From a virus (lineage: Duplodnaviria > Heunggongvirae > Uroviricota > Caudoviricetes), in the IMG/VR virus record IMGVR_UViG_3300045988_004821: 64,000 nucleotides of DNA; one strand, 5' to 3'. Positions 63,998 to 64,000 of the stretch are shown here, one piece after another; the stretch's first letter is position 1; each line of letters begins with the position of its first letter. The position numbers and the translations under genes are program-made. The notes beneath the pieces are model-generated. The model searched no databases. It was given only the letters and a program-made list of their open reading frames with translations, and had not been told where the DNA came from.

Positions 63998-64000
63998 ATG
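63998..64000 (+). CDS. start codon of a further cassette gene truncated by the window end
   Basis: ATG at the same position relative to cassette B5 as in other cassette genes. Confidence 0.3.

Noticed and set aside
60619-64000. CRISPR array or integron cassette array as an explanation for the repeated cassettes
   Set aside because: Repeats are 60-100 bp with promoter, hairpin and RBS, and the intervening segments are 200-500-bp protein-coding genes, unlike CRISPR repeats and spacers; no integrase or attC-like long imperfect palindromes.

Overview
The window reads as one contiguous stretch of a virulent, AT-rich tailed-phage genome (myovirus-type: sheath, tube, tape measure, baseplate), with no recognisable host genes. 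Gene content resembles Felix O1-like (Ounavirinae) phages; that assignment is inference from gene content and my recollection of that genome, not a search result. Layout: (1) 64-18748, + strand, head and tail morphogenesis: scaffold-like, decoration-like, major capsid, head-tail joining, sheath, tube, frameshift-capable tail assembly chaperone, tape measure, baseplate, two tail fibers with His-X-His tips. (2) 18787-29689, - strand: thymidylate synthase, DHFR, HTH regulator, ATP-dependent DNA ligase, family A DNA polymerase, small ORFs, and two structured non-coding repeat regions flanking a two-gene module. (3) 29947-60222, + strand, replication and nucleotide metabolism: dNMP kinase, primase-helicase, SSB-like, flap endonuclease, NrdA/NrdB/glutaredoxin, NrdD/NrdG split by an HNH endonuclease, a Prs-like/Nampt-like pair, rIIA/rIIB, a lysis-like cluster with overlapped spanins, and a TARG1-like macrodomain protein. 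(4) 60223-64000: a 490-bp non-coding region followed by at least nine small genes, each behind a near-identical regulatory cassette. I found no rRNA, tRNA, CRISPR array or integrase. Best candidates for a new or under-described system: the Prs-like/Nampt-like NAD+ module, the macrodomain gene, the covarying hairpin/iteron arrays at 22.3-24.2 kb, and the cassette-organised small-gene array at 60.6-64 kb. CDS coordinates come from the supplied ORF track (some starts adjusted); hairpin, promoter and repeat coordinates were read by eye and may be off by 1-3 bp. Functional calls rest on motifs recognised by eye.
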